A DNA stretch of 59,487 nt, counting the filler. It is 5 parts of 5 records of this genome, joined end to end, with 100 filler letters (N's around TTAATTAATTAA, not from the genome) between each part and the next. Parts side by side here need not be neighbours in the genome. Positions count along the whole stretch, not along the records: positions 30,983 to 36,732 come from DRR723986_9828; positions 36,833 to 59,487 come from DRR723986_9839; 3 more parts are not named here. One strand, 5' to 3'. How positions within the stretch are numbered: the stretch's first letter is position 1; the number at the start of each line of letters is the position of its first letter. A program made the translations under genes and the position numbers. The notes beneath the pieces are model-generated. The model had not been told where the DNA came from and did no database searches. It saw only the letters and a program-made list of their open reading frames with translations. Positions 31,474 to 39,553 of this stretch are shown here, in pieces.

Positions 31474-31932
31474 TCAGGCGCTTTCCTCTTCAAGGTGCAG
31501 CTTCATGTCGATCAGGACCTGCTGCAACAACACGGTTTCACGCAGCAAACGCTTGGCTTCGTTCACCGTGATGATTCCATCTTCGATTGCCGCCTGATAT
31601 TCGCTCATCAACATCGCAAATCGCTGGCTGAGGGCAATAACGTCAGCGTTTACGCCACCTGTGCGTTGCTCGTTTGGCTTGCGATCATCATAGGATAGCG
31701 TGATGCTCTTTAATTCGGCCAAAGCCGATGTCACATGCGGATAGCTCGAGGCCTGTTCCAGCTTAGCAACCGCATCCACGGGCATAAACCGATCCGCATG
31801 TTCTGCGTTCTCGGAATAATACCGTCCCAACGTCGCTTTGGATTTGCTGGTCAACTCACAAGCGGCTTCGATTCCCACATCTTTGACCAGGGCTTCGGTA
31901 TGTTTTTTTAAATATGCCCCAATGTCGGCCAT
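31474..31932 (-). CDS. Hypothetical protein, possibly a phage CII-like DNA-binding regulator
   Basis: HTH-like N-terminus (EAACELTSKSKATLGRY) and a C-terminal helical hairpin with AIEDGIITVNE. Confidence 0.7.
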   Translation of the reverse strand: MADIGAYLKKHTEALVKDVGIEAACELTSKSKATLGRYYSENAEHADRFMPVDAVAKLEQASSYPHVTSALAELKSITLSYDDRKPNEQRTGGVNADVIALSQRFAMLMSEYQAAIEDGIITVNEAKRLLRETVLLQQVLIDMKLHLEEESA

Positions 31933-32282
31933 TCTTACCCTTTCCAGCACCAAGGACCTTGTTCACTCCACGCGGGGAAAGGCCCTAAAAATTTCCCATT
32001 CCTGACACTTAATCGAAATGCGATACATTGGCTATCCCTCAGGTTTTCTGGGATTTTCGTGAGTGAGTAGTCAAATTCTGGGCTGCGTAAGAGTTGATCT
32101 GTCCAACAGTTAAACTGATTGGGCTGATCATGAGCCAATATCGGTTCTCTGGTGCCGTCTTTGAAACTTTGCAACCATCCATCCCCATTGGCCTTGGCCA
32201 AGGATACTAGCAAGATCAAAGACGGTACTTTCCCAAATTTCGACCTCTTGCCCCCCTGGGCGGCTGCCACTAAACCGGGCGC

Positions 32283-32882
32283 ATGGCTAAGCTTTACTTC
32301 AATTACTCGACCATGAATGCCGGGAAATCCACGGTACTCTTGCAGGCATCCCACAACTATCAAGAACGTGGTATGGCCACCTATCTACTGACAGCCGCTT
32401 TGGATGGCCGCGCTGGTACAGGCCGGATCGCCTCGCGCATCGGCATCGAAGCCGAAGCAGATGTATTTTCTGCAAATGACGACATTTTCGACATGATCCA
32501 GAACCGGCTTAGCCAAGGGGCAATCGCCTGTGTCTTCGTCGACGAAGCCCAGTTTCTGACCCCTGATCAGGTTTGGCAATTGGCCCGCGCCGTGGATGAC
32601 CTCAGAGTACCCGCGTTGTGCTATGGGCTACGCGTTGATTTCCAAGGTAACTTGTTCCCAGGATCCGCGACCCTGCTGGCCTTGGCCGACGAAATGCGCG
32701 AAGTACGCACAATCTGCAAATGCGGTCGCAAGGCAACCATGGTGATCCGCCAAGACGACAGCGGAGCCCCAATCACAAAGGGCGAACAAGTTCAGATCGG
32801 CGGCAATGAAACCTATGTCTCTTTGTGTCGAAGACACTGGCGCGAAGCCGTAGGAGACGCCCCAAAAACTGCTGATAAATAA
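32283..32882 (+). CDS. tdk: Thymidine kinase
   Basis: STMNAGKST, FVDEAQF, YGLRVDF, and Zn-ribbon CKCGRKA..YVSLCRRH. Confidence 0.96.
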   Translation: MAKLYFNYSTMNAGKSTVLLQASHNYQERGMATYLLTAALDGRAGTGRIASRIGIEAEADVFSANDDIFDMIQNRLSQGAIACVFVDEAQFLTPDQVWQLARAVDDLRVPALCYGLRVDFQGNLFPGSATLLALADEMREVRTICKCGRKATMVIRQDDSGAPITKGEQVQIGGNETYVSLCRRHWREAVGDAPKTADK

Positions 32883-32940
32883 GAGAAACCGCCAGATCTA
32901 TATCAGTGTGATGGGATCGGGCGCTTTCAAGTTCGCCTTG

Positions 32941-33891
32941 TCAAACAGGATTGGGCAAAGCCAAACCTTTGGAAAATGCGCTGACATTATCCAAGGCCAT
33001 ATGCCCCATATTTGTCCGAACTTCTTCGGTTGCTGTCCCCAGATGTGGGAGCAGCGTCACGTTATCCAGTGCCCGCAACGCCTGTGGAACAGCGGGTTCG
33101 AATTCGTAAACATCCAAACCAGCGCCGGCAATCCCACCCGTTTTCAAAGCGTTAACCAAGGCACCTTCATCAACAATCTCACCACGTGCGATATTGATAA
33201 GGTGGGCATTGGGTTGCATCGCCTGCAAAATCTCTGCGTTGATCAGGTGCGTGGTTTCAGGCCCACCCGGCACCGCCACCACCAGAATATCGACCTGCCC
33301 AGCCATGGTGATCAGGTCAGCCGCACGAGTCGCTTCAAAATTCAGATTTTTCTCTGACCGCGCGGTATATGAAACGTCCATTCCAAAACCGAAATGGCAC
33401 CGTCGGGCAATGGCCTGCCCAATGCGCCCCATGCCAACGATTCCAACAGATTTACCAGTCACGTGCTGCCCAAGCATCTGCGTCGGATGCCACCCGGCCC
33501 AATCCCCTGACCGAACCAGTCGTTCACCTTCGCCAGCCCGTCGCGCACTCATCAACATCAGCGTCATCGCGATATCTGCGGTTGCGTCCGTCACCGCACC
33601 CGGTGTGTTCGTCACCTGTAGCCCCGCATCGTGCGCAGCTGCCACATCAATATGGTTATACCCCACACCAAAATTCGCCAGCAACTTACACCGCGCCGCC
33701 GCAACTGCCGCAAAGACATCAGCGCTAAACTGATCCCCAAGCGTTGGCACTACGACATCGAAATGTTGCAACGCATACGCCATCTCAGCAACCGTCAAAG
33801 GGGCATTGCTTTCGCGAATTTCAACGTCGAAATCCCGGCGCGCTCGCGCCTCAATTTCAGCTGTCATCGGGCGCGCGACAAAAACTTTCAT
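32941..33891 (-). CDS. D-2-hydroxyacid dehydrogenase (glyoxylate/hydroxypyruvate reductase-like)
   Basis: GVGYNHID, GMGRIG, INIARG, LDVYEFEP and LPHLG. Confidence 0.92.
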   Translation of the reverse strand: MKVFVARPMTAEIEARARRDFDVEIRESNAPLTVAEMAYALQHFDVVVPTLGDQFSADVFAAVAAARCKLLANFGVGYNHIDVAAAHDAGLQVTNTPGAVTDATADIAMTLMLMSARRAGEGERLVRSGDWAGWHPTQMLGQHVTGKSVGIVGMGRIGQAIARRCHFGFGMDVSYTARSEKNLNFEATRAADLITMAGQVDILVVAVPGGPETTHLINAEILQAMQPNAHLINIARGEIVDEGALVNALKTGGIAGAGLDVYEFEPAVPQALRALDNVTLLPHLGTATEEVRTNMGHMALDNVSAFSKGLALPNPV

Positions 33892-34229
33892 CAGTGCATC
33901 CGCCCGCCAACAGGCACCTGGCCATCAGGCCCGATCAGAACAATCTCCCCGGCTTCATCCGGCAAGCCCAGCACCAAGACTTCGGACATGAACTTACCGA
34001 TCTGGCGCGGGGGAAAGTTTACCACCGCCATCACTTGCTTACCCACCAGCGTAGATGGATCATAATGCGCCGTGATCTGAGCCGAGGTTTTACGCTCCCC
34101 AATGTCGCCGCCGAAATCGATCCACATCTTGATCGCAGGTTTACGCGCCTCTGGATAAGGTTCTGCGCGGATCACCTCGCCCACCCGAATGTCGACTTTC
34201 ATGAAATCATCAAACGAAATATCAGCCAC
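33891..34229 (-). CDS. csaA: tRNA-binding/export chaperone CsaA
   Basis: VDIRVG, TSAQIT and VVNFPPRQIG. GTG at 34229 overlaps the end of proC. Confidence 0.9.
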   Translation of the reverse strand: MADISFDDFMKVDIRVGEVIRAEPYPEARKPAIKMWIDFGGDIGERKTSAQITAHYDPSTLVGKQVMAVVNFPPRQIGKFMSEVLVLGLPDEAGEIVLIGPDGQVPVGGRMH

Positions 34230-35037
34230 GCGAAAGTTCCTTGGATCGGTCTGTTGCGGCCGCAACGGCCTTGGGCAGCAATGCTGGGAAACCATCGGTT
34301 TCATTCATCAACACCTCTAACGCGGCTTGTGTGGTGCCATTGGGTGACGTCACATTGACACGCAATTGGCCTGGGCTTTCCTCAGCCGCTTCGGCCAAGG
34401 CCCCTGCTCCTGCAACAGTCGCTTTGGCCAATTGCATCGCCAGCTCAGGGGCCAACCCTTGTGCTTCACCCGCAGCCGCAAGTGTCTCGATCAGGTGAAA
34501 AACATAAGCCGGGCCTGATCCGCTGACACCGGTCACCGCATCCATCTGTGCCTCGTTGTCCAACCGAACAGTCTGCCCAACAGCAGACAACAGCCCCTCG
34601 GCCAGATCCAAATCTTCTGAGGAGGTATGCGCATTCCCAATCAAAGCCGTGATTCCACGCCCCACCGCCGCGGGTGTATTCGGCATCGCCCGCACAATTG
34701 GGGTGCCCTCGCCCAGGATATCCTCGAACGTCGCAATGGACGTTCCTGCAGCAACGGACACAAACAACGTCCCGCCGCCGCCCAGCGCTTGCAGCGTTGG
34801 CAAGGCCTCGCCCATCATCTGTGGCTTGACGGCAATCAAAACAATCGCGGGCTGTGCGGGCAAATCTTCGTTGACGTGCACGCCCTGCGATTTGACCCAA
34901 TCCGAGGGGAACGGATCAATGATCGATACTGACCCTGCCGGCAATCCACCCTCAAGCCAGCCCGCCAGCATAGCAGAGCCCATCTTGCCGCACCCCAACA
35001 GCACCAGTCCCTGCTCAGCGACTTTTGACATTTCCAT
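34222..35037 (-). CDS. proC: Pyrroline-5-carboxylate reductase
   Basis: GCGKMG, AVKPQ, RAMPNTP, SGSGPAY and VTSPNGTT. Confidence 0.95.
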   Translation of the reverse strand: MEMSKVAEQGLVLLGCGKMGSAMLAGWLEGGLPAGSVSIIDPFPSDWVKSQGVHVNEDLPAQPAIVLIAVKPQMMGEALPTLQALGGGGTLFVSVAAGTSIATFEDILGEGTPIVRAMPNTPAAVGRGITALIGNAHTSSEDLDLAEGLLSAVGQTVRLDNEAQMDAVTGVSGSGPAYVFHLIETLAAAGEAQGLAPELAMQLAKATVAGAGALAEAAEESPGQLRVNVTSPNGTTQAALEVLMNETDGFPALLPKAVAAATDRSKELSRG

Positions 35038-35074
35038 GATTGCCCCTCTCCTCACTTAGGTTCAGGGCTAAGCT

Positions 35075-35575
35075 TTACGCGCGGCCGTAAGCCTCTGCAA
35101 TGGCGACCTGCAATGCGTCTTTTGGGGTGCGATTGCCCCACACCATCAGCTGAATCGCCGGGTAATACCGTTCAGCACTTAGAACAGCCGTGTTGATCAT
35201 CGTATCAATCTGTTCTGACCCCACGACCTGACCACCGGCAAGAACCAAGCCATAGCGATAAACCATCAGCTTTTGCTCTTTCCAATAGGTGAAACCACCA
35301 ACCCAGCTTTGATCATTCATTGCGTTGATCAGCTCGTACAGCTTGCTCACCTTCTCTTCGGGTGGGTCCATCTCAAAGGTGCACACCATCCGCAGCGTTT
35401 CGTCATACCCAGACCACGCAAGTGTCAAAGAGTAGGTGCGCCATTGGCCCTCGACGGCCATCGCGATTTGATCGTCACCAATCCGGTCAAAATCCCACTC
35501 GTGATGGGCAGCCAGATTCTCAACGATGTCGATAGGGTGAATGTCTTCTTCCAGATACTGCTCGGAAAGGGCCAT
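35075..35575 (-). CDS. YbjN-domain protein
   Basis: Type III chaperone-like pattern (HPIDIVE..WDFDR..YGLVL), in its usual position upstream of proC. Confidence 0.8.
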   Translation of the reverse strand: MALSEQYLEEDIHPIDIVENLAAHHEWDFDRIGDDQIAMAVEGQWRTYSLTLAWSGYDETLRMVCTFEMDPPEEKVSKLYELINAMNDQSWVGGFTYWKEQKLMVYRYGLVLAGGQVVGSEQIDTMINTAVLSAERYYPAIQLMVWGNRTPKDALQVAIAEAYGRA

Positions 35576-35666
35576 GATACCACCTCACTAATCTCTAGCG
35601 GAACGGGGCTGGCAGCGCCCCAGCGCTAGATGCCTGCTCTACAAGCCGGGGCGATCCCCCGTGCTG

Positions 35667-35769
35667 ATACTAGATATGGTGCTGTGTAGCGTCCATTCTG
35701 GCAAGCCCTATTTTTGGGGATAACAGCAATAAGTTGTGGACAAGCCGTACGATCCCACCAAATGTTGGC
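35667..35769. promoter_or_regulatory. Two DnaA-box-like and two NrdR-box-like sites upstream of the YbjN gene
   Basis: TTATCCCCA (35715-35723, minus) and TTGTCCACA (35735-35743, minus); ATACTAGATATGGTG (35667-35681) and a weaker CCACCAAATGTTGGC (35755-35769). Confidence 0.4.
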
Positions 35770-35805
35770 CGTTTATCGCCTGTGGTCACCTACTGCTACA
35801 GACAC

Positions 35806-35835
35806 AAAACCGCGCAAGCGTTAAACTTGCGCGGT
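35806..35835 (-). terminator. Rho-independent terminator downstream of the ubiK-like gene
   Basis: Stem ACCGCGCAAG..CTTGCGCGGT with a short T-run on the minus strand. Confidence 0.65.
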
Positions 35836-35895
35836 AGATCAGCAAAGTGCTGAATAAAAGCGGCGCGGCAGCGCCTCAATTTAACAACGGGCAAA

Positions 35896-36144
35896 TCAGC
35901 CGTCTGATTTGCCTTCCAGCGCATCCAGACGCGCGGCAAGAGCCATGTTTTCTTCGCGGGCTTTCTGCGCCATGGCGCGCACGGCGTCGAACTCTTCGCG
36001 GGTCACAAAATCGCGATCCGCCAGCCAGCGGTCCATGAGCGATTTCATCGCGGTATCGGCCTCATCCTTTGCGCCTTGGGCCACGCCCATGGCGTTGGTC
36101 ATCAGCTGAGAAATATCGTCCAAGATCTTGTTGCGGCTCTGCAT
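35896..36144 (-). CDS. ubiK: Accessory factor UbiK/BMFP family protein
   Basis: DFVTREEFDAVRAMAQKAREEN coiled-coil motif; divergent from lgt. Confidence 0.85.
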   Translation of the reverse strand: MQSRNKILDDISQLMTNAMGVAQGAKDEADTAMKSLMDRWLADRDFVTREEFDAVRAMAQKAREENMALAARLDALEGKSDG

Positions 36145-36240
36145 CTGTCATCTCCGTGTCGAAGCTGCCCTCTATATGGGCAACATCCCGCCCGGCGGCA
36201 AGGTTGACTTGCCCTCCTTTCCAAAGGCATTCAGACGCAC

Positions 36241-36732
36241 ATGCAGGCCATGATCCCATTCCCCGACTTTTCGCCCGAGCTGTTTTCGATCTCAGTGTTC
36301 GGATTCGACCTCGCCTTGCGCTGGTATGCGCTCGCCTATATCGCTGGCATATTGATTGCTTGGCGTCTTGGCGTGATTGCGGCACGCAACACCAAGCTCT
36401 GGGCCAATGACACACCCCCGATGTCTCAGCAGCACCTCGAGGATTTGCTGACCTGGATCATCCTGGGTGTAATCCTGGGTGGGCGACTTGGGTTCATCTT
36501 GTTCTATCAGCCCTCCTATTACCTACAGAACCCCGCTGAGATCTTGATGGTCTGGCAAGGCGGTATGGCCTTTCACGGCGGCCTTTTGGGCGTTGTCATC
36601 GCCAGTTGGCTCTTTGCCGTGCGCCATGCCATTCCCAAACTCAGCCTCGCGGACCTCGTTGCTCATGCCGTGGCACCGGGCTTGCTATTGGGGCGCCTTG
36701 CCAACTTCATCAACGCCGAACTTTGGGGCCGC
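36241..36732 (+). CDS. lgt: Prolipoprotein diacylglyceryl transferase (3' truncated)
   Basis: [21 protein letters not shown] and [14 protein letters not shown]. Confidence 0.96.
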
Positions 36733-36832
36733 NNNNNNNNNNNNNNNNNNNNNNNNNNNNNNNNNNNNNNNNNNNNTTAATTAATTAANNNNNNNNNNNN
36801 NNNNNNNNNNNNNNNNNNNNNNNNNNNNNNNN
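36733..36832. other. Artificial contig spacer
   Basis: N44-TTAATTAATTAA-N44; base composition changes abruptly to AT-richer after it. Confidence 0.98.
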
Positions 36833-37060
36833 ATTGAACCATTTCGAACCTCTCAAAACATGTGTTTAAACGCAGTATAGACGCTTTTTATGTTTATGAT
36901 TTTTGAATGATTATTTTCTTTTTGATGTGAAATCAGAAAACGAACCTATTTTATCTATGGTCAAAACTAGAAAATGAAACTTTGAATTTCCTGTTAATTT
37001 GAAGGTATTTGAGTTGTCTCAGGATTGAAATAATTTGAATGGTTTAGAATCTCAATTTAG

Positions 37061-37130
37061 CCTCGTACAATTCGTACGGTACGAAGGGTACGAGCCGTAC
37101 GAGGTGTACGAATTTAGGATTTTTGAGTAC
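37061..37130. repeat. Cluster of GTAC(GA) direct and inverted repeats (iteron-like)
   Basis: GTAC at 37065, 37074, 37079, 37088, 37097, 37106 and 37127, mostly on a 9-bp period. Inverted pairs CCTCGTAC/GTACGAGG and AATTCGTAC/GTACGAATT. Confidence 0.7.
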
Positions 37131-37251
37131 CTGCCTGACAATAGCCTTTCCCCCATAAGCGAGGACAGGAGTTGATCGGATCTTGCTAAGAAATGAACTG
37201 ATTTATGGCGAGGAAAGTGGCCTTCCTACCAAGACATTAGCAGAAATCCTA

Positions 37252-37484
37252 GAGAACGGCAAAGGACAGGCTATTGACAACGTGTTTATCGAGTGGCTCT
37301 GGTAAACCATCAAATACTAGATTTACCGACGAAAGTACCCTATCGTGCCGCTCGAAAGCACACCATTAATACCGGCGCAAAGGTCACCAAATACATGGAC
37401 TACCACAACCATCGAAGAAGGCTCTCCGGCCTGGACCACGGCATCCCGGTGAAAGTCAATTTCTCGGTCGAACAGGTGGCATGA
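37252..37484 (+). pseudogene. IS3-family transposase C-terminal remnant
   Basis: Manual translation gives NGKGQAIDNVFIEWLW*TIKY*, then after a frameshift YMDYHNHRRRLSGLD. This matches the IS3 pattern GKGRAxDNxFIERLWRTxKY..YNxxRxHSxL, with stops. Confidence 0.8.
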
Positions 37485-37566
37485 AAGCGAGTTTCGTGCA
37501 TACTTGGTCGCAAACCATTCCTTTCCTAAAGATTGGAGGTGTGCTCTAATAGCCAGAAGCTTGTGC

Positions 37567-38126
37567 AATGCTAAACTCTGAAATAGGGCGGCGGGGAAGA
37601 ACTCGACTTCCAGCCCAACCGCTTGTTGGACAAAAATCTAGTCCTCGGACTTTCAGAGGGAGGTTAAATTACAAAGGGAGAAAACATTCTGGTGACAGAC
37701 TGAATCGGTATAGGCAAAAGGTACCTTGCCTGCGCCTTGGGAAATCAGGCCTGCAGCAAAGGAAAAAAAATTTCTTTACACAAAGACCACCCTATTGCAC
37801 ACCCAGCCCAAATTTGCAAAAATGGACGGCTCGGTAATCAAGGAGATGATCAAGCTCAAAAAACAGGAAGTGTTCGCCCTTAATGACTTCGGCATCCAGC
37901 CACTGCATATCCAAAGCAGAATGCCGTTAATGGAAAGCATACAAGATTGTCACGGCAAAAAATCAACGATCATCACCTCTCAGCTTCCAGTCCAGGCTTT
38001 GTATGAAGTGATAGGTGACCAAAACTTAGCCAATGTGAGATGGGCCGGGTTGTTCATGACGCTCATCAGGTAGAATTACGTAAGTTATCCCTGAAAAAAA
38101 AGAAAAATAATCAACCCAGCACTTAA
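37567..38126 (+). pseudogene. istB: IS21-family helper ATPase IstB remnant
   Basis: Pieces across stops and frameshifts: EELDFQPNRLLDKN, ENILVT..GIGKRYLACALGNQAC, LNDFGIQP, STIITSQLPV and RVVHDAHQVEL. Confidence 0.85.
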
Positions 38127-38204
38127 TTTAGTGAACCTGAGTAGCCGCTTTTCCACCCTAAAATTCCAATCAATTCGAGGGGGAAAATTCTCAGGATTCT
38201 ATTC

Positions 38205-38801
38205 CTAATTCAAGCGCTCCACAAGAAACTCCCCTTCCGTGATTGTCACCATGTCCTTTTGGACTATATCATAAATTTTTCCCTCAAAAGTGCCCTTGGC
38301 ATATTCTTCAGTAAGCTCCACTATTTTGACAACAGGTGATTCCTTTTCGACATCAGAAACATAGTTTTTTTGATGTCCCTCTGTGTAATAACCTATTGTT
38401 GCACCCTTCAGTCCAAAACCCGTTTCTTCAAATGGTTCCAAAAAATCATATCGCTTGGTGGTTATTGGGTCTGAATCCTTAATAAAAATGGTGAATCCAC
38501 CTCTGCTCCCGTTTGCTACTTCATCCAGTTCACCGCCTACTATAGATACCTGATGAACGCCTGCCATGATTCTGACCATAGAAAATTGCAGCAAATCAGG
38601 ATCATTGAACTTTATTAGTTCCCCGTCCACTTTTGCCTGGATGTAATAAGGATAGTCTTCACTGGAATCAATTTCCTCGTCCAAGGCTTCTACTTCTTCC
38701 TGTTCAGATTCATGGTTTTCACTTTTTGTCAAGGGCGAGCAACTAAACATAGTTCCTACAAGGAACCCTAGTAGGATTCTAATGAATAGTGTCTTTTTCA
38801 T
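38205..38801 (-). CDS. Hypothetical lipoprotein
   Basis: Lipoprotein signal ..TMFSC, an acidic linker and a beta-rich domain ending GTFEG..ITEGEF. Confidence 0.8.
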   Translation of the reverse strand: MKKTLFIRILLGFLVGTMFSCSPLTKSENHESEQEEVEALDEEIDSSEDYPYYIQAKVDGELIKFNDPDLLQFSMVRIMAGVHQVSIVGGELDEVANGSRGGFTIFIKDSDPITTKRYDFLEPFEETGFGLKGATIGYYTEGHQKNYVSDVEKESPVVKIVELTEEYAKGTFEGKIYDIVQKDMVTITEGEFLVERLN

Positions 38802-38822
38802 TTGATTGTTTGATTTTAGGAC

Positions 38823-39530
38823 TTAGAAAAACTTACCGATCCAGCGAAACTGACTAGGATCCTCTAGGTTTCGGATCGTGATTTTAGAAGGAAAAGAGGC
38901 TCTGATTTTCGGATCAGTTTCGTAAACCTCCTCGATGTCGTATTGCACCCAATTGAATCCTGGCTCTAGATTCAACTTGAATTGATAGTGAACAGGGATC
39001 TCTTCGCCCTCATAGGGCATGGTTGTGGTCAACGGGAAATCCAAAGAAGCAGGCTCTTCCAGAAAAACAATGTTGAGGTAAGAACCCGGAACGGCATTAT
39101 TGTTCCCGGGGTCTTCCATCCAGTTTTTCAGCTCTTCGCTTGTCACAGGAAAAATCGTTCCTGCCCATCGGTTTCTACTTGCCATTAGGGCGATATAGGG
39201 ATTTTTAAGAGCCATGATATCAGCGACCAAACCAAAATCATCTCTGGAAAACGGCCCGTCAAAGGCCTGATTCAAATCCCCGAAAAAGACCGCCATGTCA
39301 TTAACATCCATCGCTTCGGGCAAATCAGTTTGGGCCAAGTCGATAGAAAACTCTCCTCCGGCAGATACGGTGCCAATTTCCATGGGGTAATCAGCCCCGA
39401 GTGTAAAAAGTGCCAACTTCATTTCAGGGAGTTGACCAAAGCCATCAATTGTACCAGTGACCACTTCTTCCTGACTGTGAAGCGTCATAGCCATTAATCC
39501 AATCGTTAAAATTCCAAAAAGCTTTTTCAT
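38823..39530 (-). CDS. Hypothetical secreted protein
   Basis: Sec signal MKKLFGILTIGLMAMTLHS-Q; operonic spacing. Confidence 0.8.
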   Translation of the reverse strand: MKKLFGILTIGLMAMTLHSQEEVVTGTIDGFGQLPEMKLALFTLGADYPMEIGTVSAGGEFSIDLAQTDLPEAMDVNDMAVFFGDLNQAFDGPFSRDDFGLVADIMALKNPYIALMASRNRWAGTIFPVTSEELKNWMEDPGNNNAVPGSYLNIVFLEEPASLDFPLTTTMPYEGEEIPVHYQFKLNLEPGFNWVQYDIEEVYETDPKIRASFPSKITIRNLEDPSQFRWIGKFF

Positions 39531-39553
39531 GATTTTTAGTTTTATGTTAGTGT

